Assembly (NCBI GenBank): GCA_964606285.1
Contig: CAZSFP010000001.1
Span: 69,376 to 133,375, forward strand
DNA from: an uncultured Candidatus Saccharibacteria bacterium
GTDB lineage: Bacteria > Patescibacteriota > Minisyncoccia > Phycocordibacterales > UBA9973
Direction of reading: 5' to 3'
DNA length: 64,000 nucleotides
The notes under the pieces are model-generated. The model did not search any database. It was given only the letters and a program-made list of their open reading frames with translations, and was not told the DNA's origin. A program made the translations under genes and the position numbers. Positions 49,341 through 57,512 of this stretch are shown here, in pieces (position 1 is the stretch's first letter; the number at the start of each line of letters is the position of its first letter).

Positions 49341-49859
49341 TTATTTCTTACTAAAATGTCGGATTGTTTCAGCTATTTCATCAATGACATTGTCGATGCA
49401 GTCATAATTCCTTGCTTCAGTTTCATTAACCCACGCAAAATCCGTAAACGCATTTTCTTCGAGTTTTACATCGCCTTGGACATATTTTGCAGCAAAACGC
49501 ATAAGGGTAACTGGTACTTCATCTGGACGGACGAATACCATACTGCCGATATAGTGGAGCGATTCTTCGATCTCAATTCCCGCTTCTTCCATGACTTCAC
49601 GTTTCAATAGCTTTTCAATCATGTTTTCAAAATAAACGACACTTTCATTTTTACCATCCGCTCTGTCGAAAGCGAGATCTTTCCATTCGAGCTTTCCTCC
49701 AGGGACAGCGTATTTGCCGGGATGGACAACTTCCCGTTCATGGCGTTTCAATATGAGGCATCTGCCATCACTTTCGCGATACACGACAACGTTCGCCACA
49801 AAATAAAACAGTTTGTCACTTTTTGCTTTATCAAGACTAATTTTTGTTGGAGCTGGCAT
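49341..49859 (-). CDS. NUDIX hydrolase
   Basis: PGGKLE...KREVMEEAG with an insertion in the Nudix box. Confidence 0.88.
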   Translation of the reverse strand: MPAPTKISLDKAKSDKLFYFVANVVVYRESDGRCLILKRHEREVVHPGKYAVPGGKLEWKDLAFDRADGKNESVVYFENMIEKLLKREVMEEAGIEIEESLHYIGSMVFVRPDEVPVTLMRFAAKYVQGDVKLEENAFTDFAWVNETEARNYDCIDNVIDEIAETIRHFSKK

Positions 49860-49863
49860 ATAA

Positions 49864-50022
49864 TTATTTTTGTAAAAATTCTTTTAAGGTAATCATTTTT
49901 AATACTGGATTACATGGTGCTTGAATACACATAACTTGTCTTTTATGAGGAATAATCGGCACGAACCATGAAATTAAGACGAGAACCAAAATAACTATAA
50001 ATACTATTTTAGAAGTAGACAT
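49864..50022 (-). CDS. 52-aa membrane-anchored peptide with CIQAPC motif (not in ORF track)
   Basis: MSTSKIVFIVILVLVLISWFVPIIPHKRQVMCIQAPCNPVLKMITLKEFLQK*. Confidence 0.65.
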   Translation of the reverse strand: MSTSKIVFIVILVLVLISWFVPIIPHKRQVMCIQAPCNPVLKMITLKEFLQK

Positions 50023-50083
50023 ATCTATAGTGTAGCAAGTGGTGTTTTCTATAGCAATGCAACTTAATAAGATTCATCATTCA

Positions 50084-50506
50084 CTAATCTTTCAAAAGAA
50101 GTTTAGCGTTTAATTCTTTCCCTGCCTTTAAAAATTCAATAGTAATATTTTTTGAGGAGGTTTTTAATTCTTCAAGTAATTTCTTTATACTTTCTTGTTT
50201 TTCTGGTACATATTTTTTCATACTAAAATGACGTATTTCTTCTGAAACGATATTTTCTACCCCTTGAAGTGAAGTCCATTTTTTCCCATTCCAAACTTTT
50301 ATTGTAATTTCGCCTGATATTGGAGTCAGAGTAGCATCGTGATAATAAACATCTTGAAGAACACTAATATTTATATCACCCATTTTAAAGTATCGTGGAT
50401 AATATTTTTTAGTTTCATATCCAAAGAAAATTCTAGATGATTTAAAATCAATTACTTCTTGATTTACAACTTCTTGTTTTATGTTTGGTTGTTTGGGGGT
50501 TTCCAT
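50084..50506 (-). CDS. Hypothetical protein, AT-rich
   Basis: 140-aa ORF co-oriented behind gap. Confidence 0.7.
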   Translation of the reverse strand: METPKQPNIKQEVVNQEVIDFKSSRIFFGYETKKYYPRYFKMGDINISVLQDVYYHDATLTPISGEITIKVWNGKKWTSLQGVENIVSEEIRHFSMKKYVPEKQESIKKLLEELKTSSKNITIEFLKAGKELNAKLLLKD

Positions 50507-50515
50507 ATTAAAATA

Positions 50516-50890
50516 TTATATCTCTGATAAAACCACGTTATATTTATTACCAACAGCATTTTGAATAATTTCTTGTGTTTCTTGCCATGAAATTTTAAGT
50601 GGTCCTAAATTAAGTGATTTTGAAGATCGGTCAATTATTATTTCATTTCCAAACAAATTCAAAACTGCACCACCCAGAGATTCAATTTTTTCTCCGCATT
50701 CATTTTCGAGATCAGCAAACATTTCTGGATGTTTTTTTTCGGGCATAGTAACAAAATGGAATTCATTTTTAGATTTGGCTATAACAAATTTTTGAGCACC
50801 GCCAAATTCTAAAATATCTTCTCCAAATGTAACAAGTGATTTACCAACTTGTATTTCAATATTCTTTTTCTCTTGCGATACTGTTTCCAT
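50516..50890 (-). CDS. Hypothetical protein, AT-rich
   Basis: 124-aa ORF 2 nt after gap stop. Confidence 0.7.
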   Translation of the reverse strand: METVSQEKKNIEIQVGKSLVTFGEDILEFGGAQKFVIAKSKNEFHFVTMPEKKHPEMFADLENECGEKIESLGGAVLNLFGNEIIIDRSSKSLNLGPLKISWQETQEIIQNAVGNKYNVVLSEI

Positions 50891-50892
50891 AA

Positions 50893-51930
50893 TTAGATAG
50901 TTTTTCCTGTTTTAATCACATGCTCCACAAGCGTATGTGTATACCCCATTTCGTTGTCGTACCAACCCATCACTTTGACGAGATTACCGTCAACAACACG
51001 AGTGAGTGCGAGGTCAGCGATAGATGCATGACTGTTGCCGAGGATATCAGAAGAGACAAGAGGTTCTTCGGTGACGGCAAAGATATTTGCCCAACGAGCA
51101 TCTCCTGCAGCTTTTTTCAAAATCGCGTTTACTTCTTCTGCGTTTGTTGCACGCTTTGCGATGAACGTCACATCAACGATCGATCCAGCTGGAACTGGGA
51201 CGCGGATAGAAATACCGTCAAAAAGTCCTTCGAGAGATGGATAGGCTTTGGCGACAGCAATAGCTGCACCAGTAGAGCTCGGAACGATGTTCTGAGCAGC
51301 TGCACGACCTTCACGAAGGTCTTTCTTGCTCGGACCATCGACAAGGGCTTGTGATGCAGTGTAACCGTGCACAGTGTTGAGGATTGCTTTCTCGATACCG
51401 ATCGTTTCATCGAGAATCCCAATGAGTGGTGATGCAGCATTTGTCGTGCATGACGCATTTGATGTGATATCGCACGTGCCAAATTTTTCTTCGTTCACAC
51501 CGAGAAGAATCGTTTCGCCCATAAGAGAACCATCATCGGATTTCGCCGGTGCAGAAATAACAACTTTCTTTGCACCTTGATCGAGATGGAATTTTGCTTT
51601 TTCGTATGAAGTAAAGAGTCCTGTTGACTCGACAACAACATCGATACCGAGGTCCGCCCACGGAAGTTTTGTACTGTCCTTTTCTGAAACAAATTTTACA
51701 ACTTTTCCGTCAATGATGATCTTTCCATCTTCATGAGTGATTGCTTTTGGCCAGGTACGATAAACTGTATCGTATTTGAGAAGATATGCGAGCGATTCGA
51801 CAGAACCCAAATCATTGACTGCGACAATTTCGATATCATCCCGATCCCATGCGACCTTGAGAAATGCCCGACCGATACGTCCAAAACCATTGATTGCTAC
51901 TTTGATTTTTTTATTTCCAAATAATTTCAT
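50893..51930 (-). CDS. gap: Glyceraldehyde-3-phosphate dehydrogenase type I
   Basis: INGFGRIGR, SNASCTTN, WYDNEMGY. Confidence 0.99.
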   Translation of the reverse strand: MKLFGNKKIKVAINGFGRIGRAFLKVAWDRDDIEIVAVNDLGSVESLAYLLKYDTVYRTWPKAITHEDGKIIIDGKVVKFVSEKDSTKLPWADLGIDVVVESTGLFTSYEKAKFHLDQGAKKVVISAPAKSDDGSLMGETILLGVNEEKFGTCDITSNASCTTNAASPLIGILDETIGIEKAILNTVHGYTASQALVDGPSKKDLREGRAAAQNIVPSSTGAAIAVAKAYPSLEGLFDGISIRVPVPAGSIVDVTFIAKRATNAEEVNAILKKAAGDARWANIFAVTEEPLVSSDILGNSHASIADLALTRVVDGNLVKVMGWYDNEMGYTHTLVEHVIKTGKTI

Positions 51931-52043
51931 ATGAATCTAGTATATCAGATATATTGAAAAGAGAAATGAAAAACAAGAGTTATTTGACAGTGAATTCACA
52001 AAGTGATTAAATAGATAGCAAACGCACCTAAATATTTAGTCAT

Positions 52044-52379
52044 ATGGCTTACAAACTACCTGAAGTATCATTTCCTATTGATAATAAAATCAAGAAAGAA
52101 GATTTTACCGCTGTTGTTGGAAAAAATGAATATCTGTACATCAGAGGACTACGCGATGGAGAAGGTCTTACTGAAGCGAAAGTAAGAATAATCACATTTA
52201 TAGAAGATGCGAAAGACAAAGATCTCTATCGTGGAAGATTATTTATGCCCCACAGTTTTAATTTTGGCCCCGATGAATACAGGGTGTATGAATATAATTT
52301 CAAGGAAGAACAAGGGAAAGTATTCGAGCGCGGGAAAGTATACGAAGATATATTTGAAGTTGCACCGGAGCCATCATGA
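52044..52379 (+). CDS. Hypothetical protein (cassette)
   Basis: TTGACA at 51984; hairpin terminator 52381-52430. Confidence 0.7.
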   Translation: MAYKLPEVSFPIDNKIKKEDFTAVVGKNEYLYIRGLRDGEGLTEAKVRIITFIEDAKDKDLYRGRLFMPHSFNFGPDEYRVYEYNFKEEQGKVFERGKVYEDIFEVAPEPS

Positions 52380-52435
52380 AAAATAAAAATCCCCTCTGCA
52401 TATTTTGCAATATAAGGGGATTTTTTATTTATATA

Positions 52436-52718
52436 AAAAAAATACAACGCCCTGCATATACAAGGATATGAGGGCGTCGTTAGTGGTATGCGTTGTTTAG
52501 TCCTCTTGGATATAATTAATCCTATGGATCAAATAAGCATTCTCGAGACCGAAGTCAAACGCGAGACCGAAGTCAAACGGAATACTTGTCCATTAATTAT
52601 CTATGTATCTTTTTACGCCCTATTCGGACTCGCTTTCGCTAACACACGGAAAATTATACCAATACCCTAAACACGATACGTCAAAGAACTCACTGTTTCT
52701 TTTTCAAGAAACCAATGC
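52436..52718 (-). ncRNA. Candidate stand-alone structured ncRNA (about 280 nt)
   Basis: Own TTGTTA-17-TACTAT promoter and terminator, closing stem, two C(UUCG)G and one GAAA tetraloop, no credible ORF. Confidence 0.6.
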
Positions 52719-52762
52719 GTTCATATAGTACCGTATTTTCTTTAGATTAACAACTGAGTATT

Positions 52763-52800
52763 ACTCCCCTCCTTATCGAGGAGGGGTTGGGGGTGGTGGT
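52763..52800. repeat. REP-like palindromic unit downstream of DUF559 gene
   Basis: ACTCCCCTCCTTATCGAGGAGGGGTTGGGGGTGGTGGT; abuts stop codon. Confidence 0.85.
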
Positions 52801-53150
52801 TAAAATTCACTTTGTATTTTTGATATAACACCATTCATATTTGTATTTATCTCAGTATTTGTAAATCGTAAAACTTTTATACCAAGTGAATTAAAATATT
52901 GCGTTCGTACAATATCATATTCTTGATCTTCTTCTGTATAATGCTGCGATCCATCTATTTCAATCACTAATTTTTTCTGAGTACAATAAAAATCTGCAAT
53001 GTATGTACCAATACTATGCTGTCTTCGAAATTTAAAACCGAGTTTTGAATTTTTTAATTGGTTCCATAATAAAATCTCTTGAGGGGTTGCATTATTTCTT
53101 AATGTTTTTCGATAAGAATGTAGTTGTGAAATATTATTAACTGTTTTCAT
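52800..53150 (-). CDS. DUF559 (Vsr-like) endonuclease-domain protein
   Basis: LRNNATPQE.LLW..L, KFRRQH.IG.YIADFYC, VIEIDGSQH, D..RT, GIKVLRFTN. Confidence 0.95.
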   Translation of the reverse strand: MKTVNNISQLHSYRKTLRNNATPQEILLWNQLKNSKLGFKFRRQHSIGTYIADFYCTQKKLVIEIDGSQHYTEEDQEYDIVRTQYFNSLGIKVLRFTNTEINTNMNGVISKIQSEF

Positions 53151-53152
53151 AA

Positions 53153-53200
53153 ATCACCACCTCCCCCTATCGGGTACTCCTCCTCGACAAGGAGGAGAGT
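53153..53200. repeat. REP-like palindromic unit upstream of DUF559 gene (inverted)
   Basis: ATCACCACCTCCCCCTATCGGGTACTCCTCCTCGACAAGGAGGAGAGT; touches gatB stop. Confidence 0.9.
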
Positions 53201-54612
53201 TAATTCAATAATTCTTTCAAAAGTTTGATAACAACCTGAGGATTTGCGCTGCCATTTGTTTCTTTGATCGCTTTGCCGACGAGTGACATGATCGCATTTT
53301 CTTTTCCGGCTTTATATGTTGCTACGATGTCCGGATGTGTATCGATAAGTTTCTGGACGATATCCTTGAGTGCTCCTTCATCGTTTTTCTGAAAGAGATC
53401 TTTTTCTGTCGCAATCTTGAGTGGTGATTCATCATTTACCACGATAGTAGAAAGAATATCTTTTGCAGCGCGAGATGAGATCTTTTCTTCAGTCACCAAC
53501 GTTACAAGTTCAGCAAAATGTTCCGCTGATGGAAGTCTGATTTCTGGATTCTTTTTCTTGAGACCTATGTAATCAGAGGTAATATAATTTGAAGCAGTCG
53601 CGATTTTTTCTTTCACTTGCAAAATCTTGGCCACGTCTTCAAACCATGATGCCAAGAGTGCGTCATTGATATAACTTTCGATATCTTCGTCTTTGATTCC
53701 AAATGCTTCTTTGTAGCGAAGTCGCTTTTGTGATGGTAATTCAGGTAATCCTTGTCGCAAGGATTCGATATCAAACAATTTTGAAAGATAGAACTTTGGA
53801 ATATCTGGGTCTGGGAAATAGCGATAATCATGACTGTCTTCTTTTGACCGCTGTGAAAATGTTTTTTGTTTTCCTTCATCCCAACCACGCGTTTCCTGAA
53901 CGATTTCAGCACCACGACCTTCTTCGAGAAGCTTTGTCATCCGTTCTGTTTCGTATTTTGCGGCACGCATCATTGCAGAAAATGAGTTGATATTTTTCAC
54001 TTCAACTTTCGTACCCTTTTTTTCTGAATCTGGAGACACAGAGATATTGAGTTCAACACGCATCTCGCCTTTTTCCATGTTTGCTTCGGATACCCCAAGA
54101 TATTGCAACAAAAGCTGTAATTCACGTCCAAATTTCCCCGCATCTTCTGGGCTATGAATGACTGGCTCAGTCACCAATTCCATGAGTGGTACACCAGCGC
54201 GATTATAATCAACGAGTGAGAAATCTCCTTTATCATGCTTACTTGTTCCAGTGTCTTCTTCGAGATGGACACGAGTGATTTTCACGCCCGCAAGTTCCCC
54301 GCCAGACACGATGGGAAATTTATATTGTGAGATCTGATATCCTTTTGGAATATCCGGATAAAAATAGTTTTTGCGATCAAATTCGGTAAAGTCAGCAATA
54401 GTCGCACCAAGAGCAAGCCCTACCTTGATGACAGACTCGATCGCTGTCTTGTTTGGTACTGGCAGTGTTCCAGGATGTGCCATACACACCGGACAAATGT
54501 TTACATTGGGACGAATTTCATCTGGATCATTTTTGCAACCGCAAAACATCTTGCTTTCAGTAGCTAACTCAGCATGAATCTCTAATCCTATTGTAGTGTA
54601 ATATTGTTTCAT
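53200..54612 (-). CDS. gatB: Asp/Glu-tRNA amidotransferase subunit B
   Basis: IGLEIHAEL, FDRKNYFYPD.PKGYQISQ, HLEED, DYRYFPDPD. Confidence 0.99.
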   Translation of the reverse strand: MKQYYTTIGLEIHAELATESKMFCGCKNDPDEIRPNVNICPVCMAHPGTLPVPNKTAIESVIKVGLALGATIADFTEFDRKNYFYPDIPKGYQISQYKFPIVSGGELAGVKITRVHLEEDTGTSKHDKGDFSLVDYNRAGVPLMELVTEPVIHSPEDAGKFGRELQLLLQYLGVSEANMEKGEMRVELNISVSPDSEKKGTKVEVKNINSFSAMMRAAKYETERMTKLLEEGRGAEIVQETRGWDEGKQKTFSQRSKEDSHDYRYFPDPDIPKFYLSKLFDIESLRQGLPELPSQKRLRYKEAFGIKDEDIESYINDALLASWFEDVAKILQVKEKIATASNYITSDYIGLKKKNPEIRLPSAEHFAELVTLVTEEKISSRAAKDILSTIVVNDESPLKIATEKDLFQKNDEGALKDIVQKLIDTHPDIVATYKAGKENAIMSLVGKAIKETNGSANPQVVIKLLKELLN

Positions 54613-54629
54613 AATATTAAGCGTGCCTG

Positions 54630-54656
54630 CCCGTCCGTAGCTTTAGCGAAGGCGGG
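54630..54656 (+). repeat. 27-bp palindromic element upstream of gatB
   Basis: CCCGTCCGTAGCTTTAGCGAAGGCGGG. Confidence 0.75.
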
Positions 54657-54709
54657 AATCTCAAGTCCGATAGTTGTGTAATACTCTTTTGCCATATGAG
54701 AAGTATATG

Positions 54710-55681
54710 TTATTTCTTTAAAATTTTCACCAATTCATCAGACAAAGATTTGATTGATGTATCGTCATAGAGTGAGAGGGTCAAAACTATTTTCTTTGTC
54801 TTTTTTTCAAATTCTTTCACTGCTTTCGCAATTGTTTTTTCATCAACGAGGTCAGTTTTGGTCAAAATAATAACTTCATCTTTTTCTCCAAGTCCTTTGC
54901 CGTATTGTTCCAATTCTTTTCTAATACCAAGATATGCATCCATCATGTCAGGATTTTCAAATGAGACGAGATGCGCGATGATTTTTGTTCGCGTAATATG
55001 TTTCAAAAATTTTGTTCCGAGGCCACGTCCTTCTGATGCTCCTTCGATAAGTCCAGGAATATCAGCGATGATATAACCATAGAGATCACCAAGGTGTGGT
55101 TCAAGTGTTGTGAATTGATAACTGCCAATTTTTGATTTTGCATTGGTGACACCATTGAGCAATGATGATTTGCCGGCATTTGGAAGTCCAACAAGTCCGA
55201 TATCAGCAAAGAGCGACAAGACGATACTGAATTGCGCGCTATCACCCGCCTTACCTTTCGTCGCTTTTTCGGGTGCAACATTTGTCGAGCTTTTGAAATG
55301 TTCGTTACCGAGACCGCCTTGACCACCACGAAGAATCATCTGTGTTTCGCCTTCTTTCAAAAGTTCGATCTGCATGCCTGTCGTTTCGTTCGTAACAAGT
55401 GATCCCACAGGCAAATCAATGGTGAGATCTTCACCTTTTTTACCATGCTTATTGTTTCCCTCACCTGGTGCACCGTCACCTGCGATAAACTCTCTTTTGT
55501 GTTTGTATTTTGCAAGAATTTCAACGTCACGAACAGCTCGAACATAGACGTCACCGCCGTAGCCGCCATCACCACCATTTGGTCCACCTTTGTCGATAAA
55601 TTTCTCTTGGCGCCAACGAACAACCCCATCGCCACCGCGACCGGACTGCACTTGTATTTTTAATTCATCAATGAGTGCCAT
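54710..55681 (-). CDS. obg: GTPase Obg (no C-terminal domain)
   Basis: Gly-rich Obg fold, GLPNAGKS, FTTLEP, DIPGLIEGAS, TKTD. Confidence 0.98.
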   Translation of the reverse strand: MALIDELKIQVQSGRGGDGVVRWRQEKFIDKGGPNGGDGGYGGDVYVRAVRDVEILAKYKHKREFIAGDGAPGEGNNKHGKKGEDLTIDLPVGSLVTNETTGMQIELLKEGETQMILRGGQGGLGNEHFKSSTNVAPEKATKGKAGDSAQFSIVLSLFADIGLVGLPNAGKSSLLNGVTNAKSKIGSYQFTTLEPHLGDLYGYIIADIPGLIEGASEGRGLGTKFLKHITRTKIIAHLVSFENPDMMDAYLGIRKELEQYGKGLGEKDEVIILTKTDLVDEKTIAKAVKEFEKKTKKIVLTLSLYDDTSIKSLSDELVKILKK

Positions 55682-55687
55682 AAATAA

Positions 55688-56614
55688 TTAGAAGTCTTTT
55701 GATTCTAGCGCAGATTGAGCTAATTTCATAGCACTTTCTTTTGATACCACCGTTGCGAGAAAACGACCATTGTGACAAAAGAGTGCATCTGGAACGCCGG
55801 CAACTCGAGAAAGATCAGTATTGGTAAGTCCGGCCCAAGATTTTGGAAACGATTTGCGAGCTTGAAATTCCCACGGAACAACACGGATCGCATGGATACT
55901 CCATTGAGTCTTATCTCTTTTTGGAACAACAGCATACACCACATCAGGAAAATCTTTGAGACAACGATTAACATCGAAACGGGAAATGTATTCCTCAAAA
56001 ACAAGAATATTTTTTTCTAATGATTTTTCATATGTCGTATTTACAAAATCTTGTTTTTCCTTTTCAGCTTTTGCCTGAAGTATTTCAGAAGAAAGAATTA
56101 ATTTTGCGAGAGTGACCGCTTTCATAAATGCAGTATCTTCAAAATTTTTTGTCTCATCTTCTTTTTTTACAGGAAGAAAAATTGCCAAAACATCATTGAT
56201 ACTATAACTAGGAATACCTTCGTATATATTTTTTGAAATATTGACACCATTGTCAAATGCATCTATCGACATGACAAGTTTATTTTCGACAAGAGTTTGT
56301 ACTTCAGTAGATTCACATATTTGTTCACCAAATTCTTTCCAGATCAAACCAAAACTTGCATATGGAATACCATTTGGTCGAACACCTGCACCACCTATCT
56401 GATGATGATCAAATCTTCCGCGAGCGGGGTCATATTCCCCACCAACATCGAGAACAATATCACCTTGAGCAATAATTTCCGGATCGCGTGAACGAAGAAT
56501 TTTGATCCGATCGTTATAGAGGAGTGATAATGCGGCACAAGCAAAAACATCATCAGTGTGATATCCACCACCATGTGTCACAACAACTTTTTTCTTTTTG
56601 AGAAATGAGAACAT
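55688..56614 (-). CDS. MYG1-family (DHH-like) nuclease
   Basis: TH.G.YHTDDVFA, DVGG.YD...FDHHQ, FCHNGRF. Confidence 0.93.
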   Translation of the reverse strand: MFSFLKKKKVVVTHGGGYHTDDVFACAALSLLYNDRIKILRSRDPEIIAQGDIVLDVGGEYDPARGRFDHHQIGGAGVRPNGIPYASFGLIWKEFGEQICESTEVQTLVENKLVMSIDAFDNGVNISKNIYEGIPSYSINDVLAIFLPVKKEDETKNFEDTAFMKAVTLAKLILSSEILQAKAEKEKQDFVNTTYEKSLEKNILVFEEYISRFDVNRCLKDFPDVVYAVVPKRDKTQWSIHAIRVVPWEFQARKSFPKSWAGLTNTDLSRVAGVPDALFCHNGRFLATVVSKESAMKLAQSALESKDF

Positions 56615-56955
56615 TAATCGAGACGGAGAAGCTTAACACCGATCCAGTTGATAAGTGAGACGACAACTGATCCGATCACAGCTGCAGTAAAGCTCGTGAT
56701 CGTGACCCCTGAAACAATCAACGAGAGGAGGTAGAACAACAAACCATTCAAAACGATTGAGAACAATCCGAGAGTGAGGATATTGATCGGTAGTGTGAGA
56801 ATACGAAGGATTGGCTTGATAATAAAATTAATAAGTCCGAGTACTGCGCCGGCAATAAGTGCAGCAATGATACCAGAGACCTGAATACCGGGCACGAAAT
56901 ATGCCGTAATCATAATGCCGACAGTAAGAATCAACCAATGTAAAATAATTTTCAT
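56614..56955 (-). CDS. 4-TM holin-like (YvlD) membrane protein
   Basis: IKPILRILTLPINILTLGLF. Confidence 0.9.
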   Translation of the reverse strand: MKIILHWLILTVGIMITAYFVPGIQVSGIIAALIAGAVLGLINFIIKPILRILTLPINILTLGLFSIVLNGLLFYLLSLIVSGVTITSFTAAVIGSVVVSLINWIGVKLLRLD

Positions 56956-56988
56956 AGTAGATAGAAAAAAGTAAATAGTAAAAAGAAA

Positions 56989-57441
56989 TTAGAACAAAGA
57001 TTCGACAACAGTTTTGACATCAGCGCCGTCGGCCTTGCCTTTGAGTTCACTCATAACCGCACCAACGAGCTTGCCCATACCTGTTTTATCAGCAATACCG
57101 AGCGCGTCTTTTTTTGCTTGCGCGATCGGACGAATCTCATCCTGACTCATCATGGTAGGAAGAAATGTTTCCAAGACTGCGTATTGCGCCTGTTCTTCGG
57201 CAACGAGATCCATACGGCCACCTTTGGTGAACTGATCAATACTGTCTTTGCGTTGTTTTGCGAGACGAGTAATGACCGCAAGTGCTTCTTCGTCAGAAAG
57301 TTCATCCTGCGGTTTGCGGCCTTTTGCGACAAGTTCATTCATACATGCAGCTGATATACCACGAAGAACTTCGAGTCGAACTGCATCCTTTGCTAGCATT
57401 GCTTGTTTTATTTGATCTTTGATTGATTGTTGAAGTGACAT
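56989..57441 (-). CDS. GatB/YqeY domain protein
   Basis: AMLAKD, KQRKDSI.QF..GGR, MGKLVGAVM. Confidence 0.95.
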   Translation of the reverse strand: MSLQQSIKDQIKQAMLAKDAVRLEVLRGISAACMNELVAKGRKPQDELSDEEALAVITRLAKQRKDSIDQFTKGGRMDLVAEEQAQYAVLETFLPTMMSQDEIRPIAQAKKDALGIADKTGMGKLVGAVMSELKGKADGADVKTVVESLF

Positions 57442-57512
57442 AATCCAAGTATGACTGAAAAATGAAATTTCGTCAAAGATTGTTTCGATATAAAATTTGC
57501 TATACTTTTTTT

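Noticed and set aside
52544-52579. 18-bp tandem repeat as a mini-CRISPR
   Set aside because: Only two abutting copies, no spacer, no cas genes; better explained as twin UUCG hairpins
52488-52670. 60-aa plus-strand ORF containing ETEVKR twice
   Set aside because: No promoter or RBS; the repeat and pairing pattern fit a minus-strand RNA
56614-56955. Holin-family gene as prophage evidence
   Set aside because: YvlD-type 4-TM proteins are common chromosomal genes; no phage genes around
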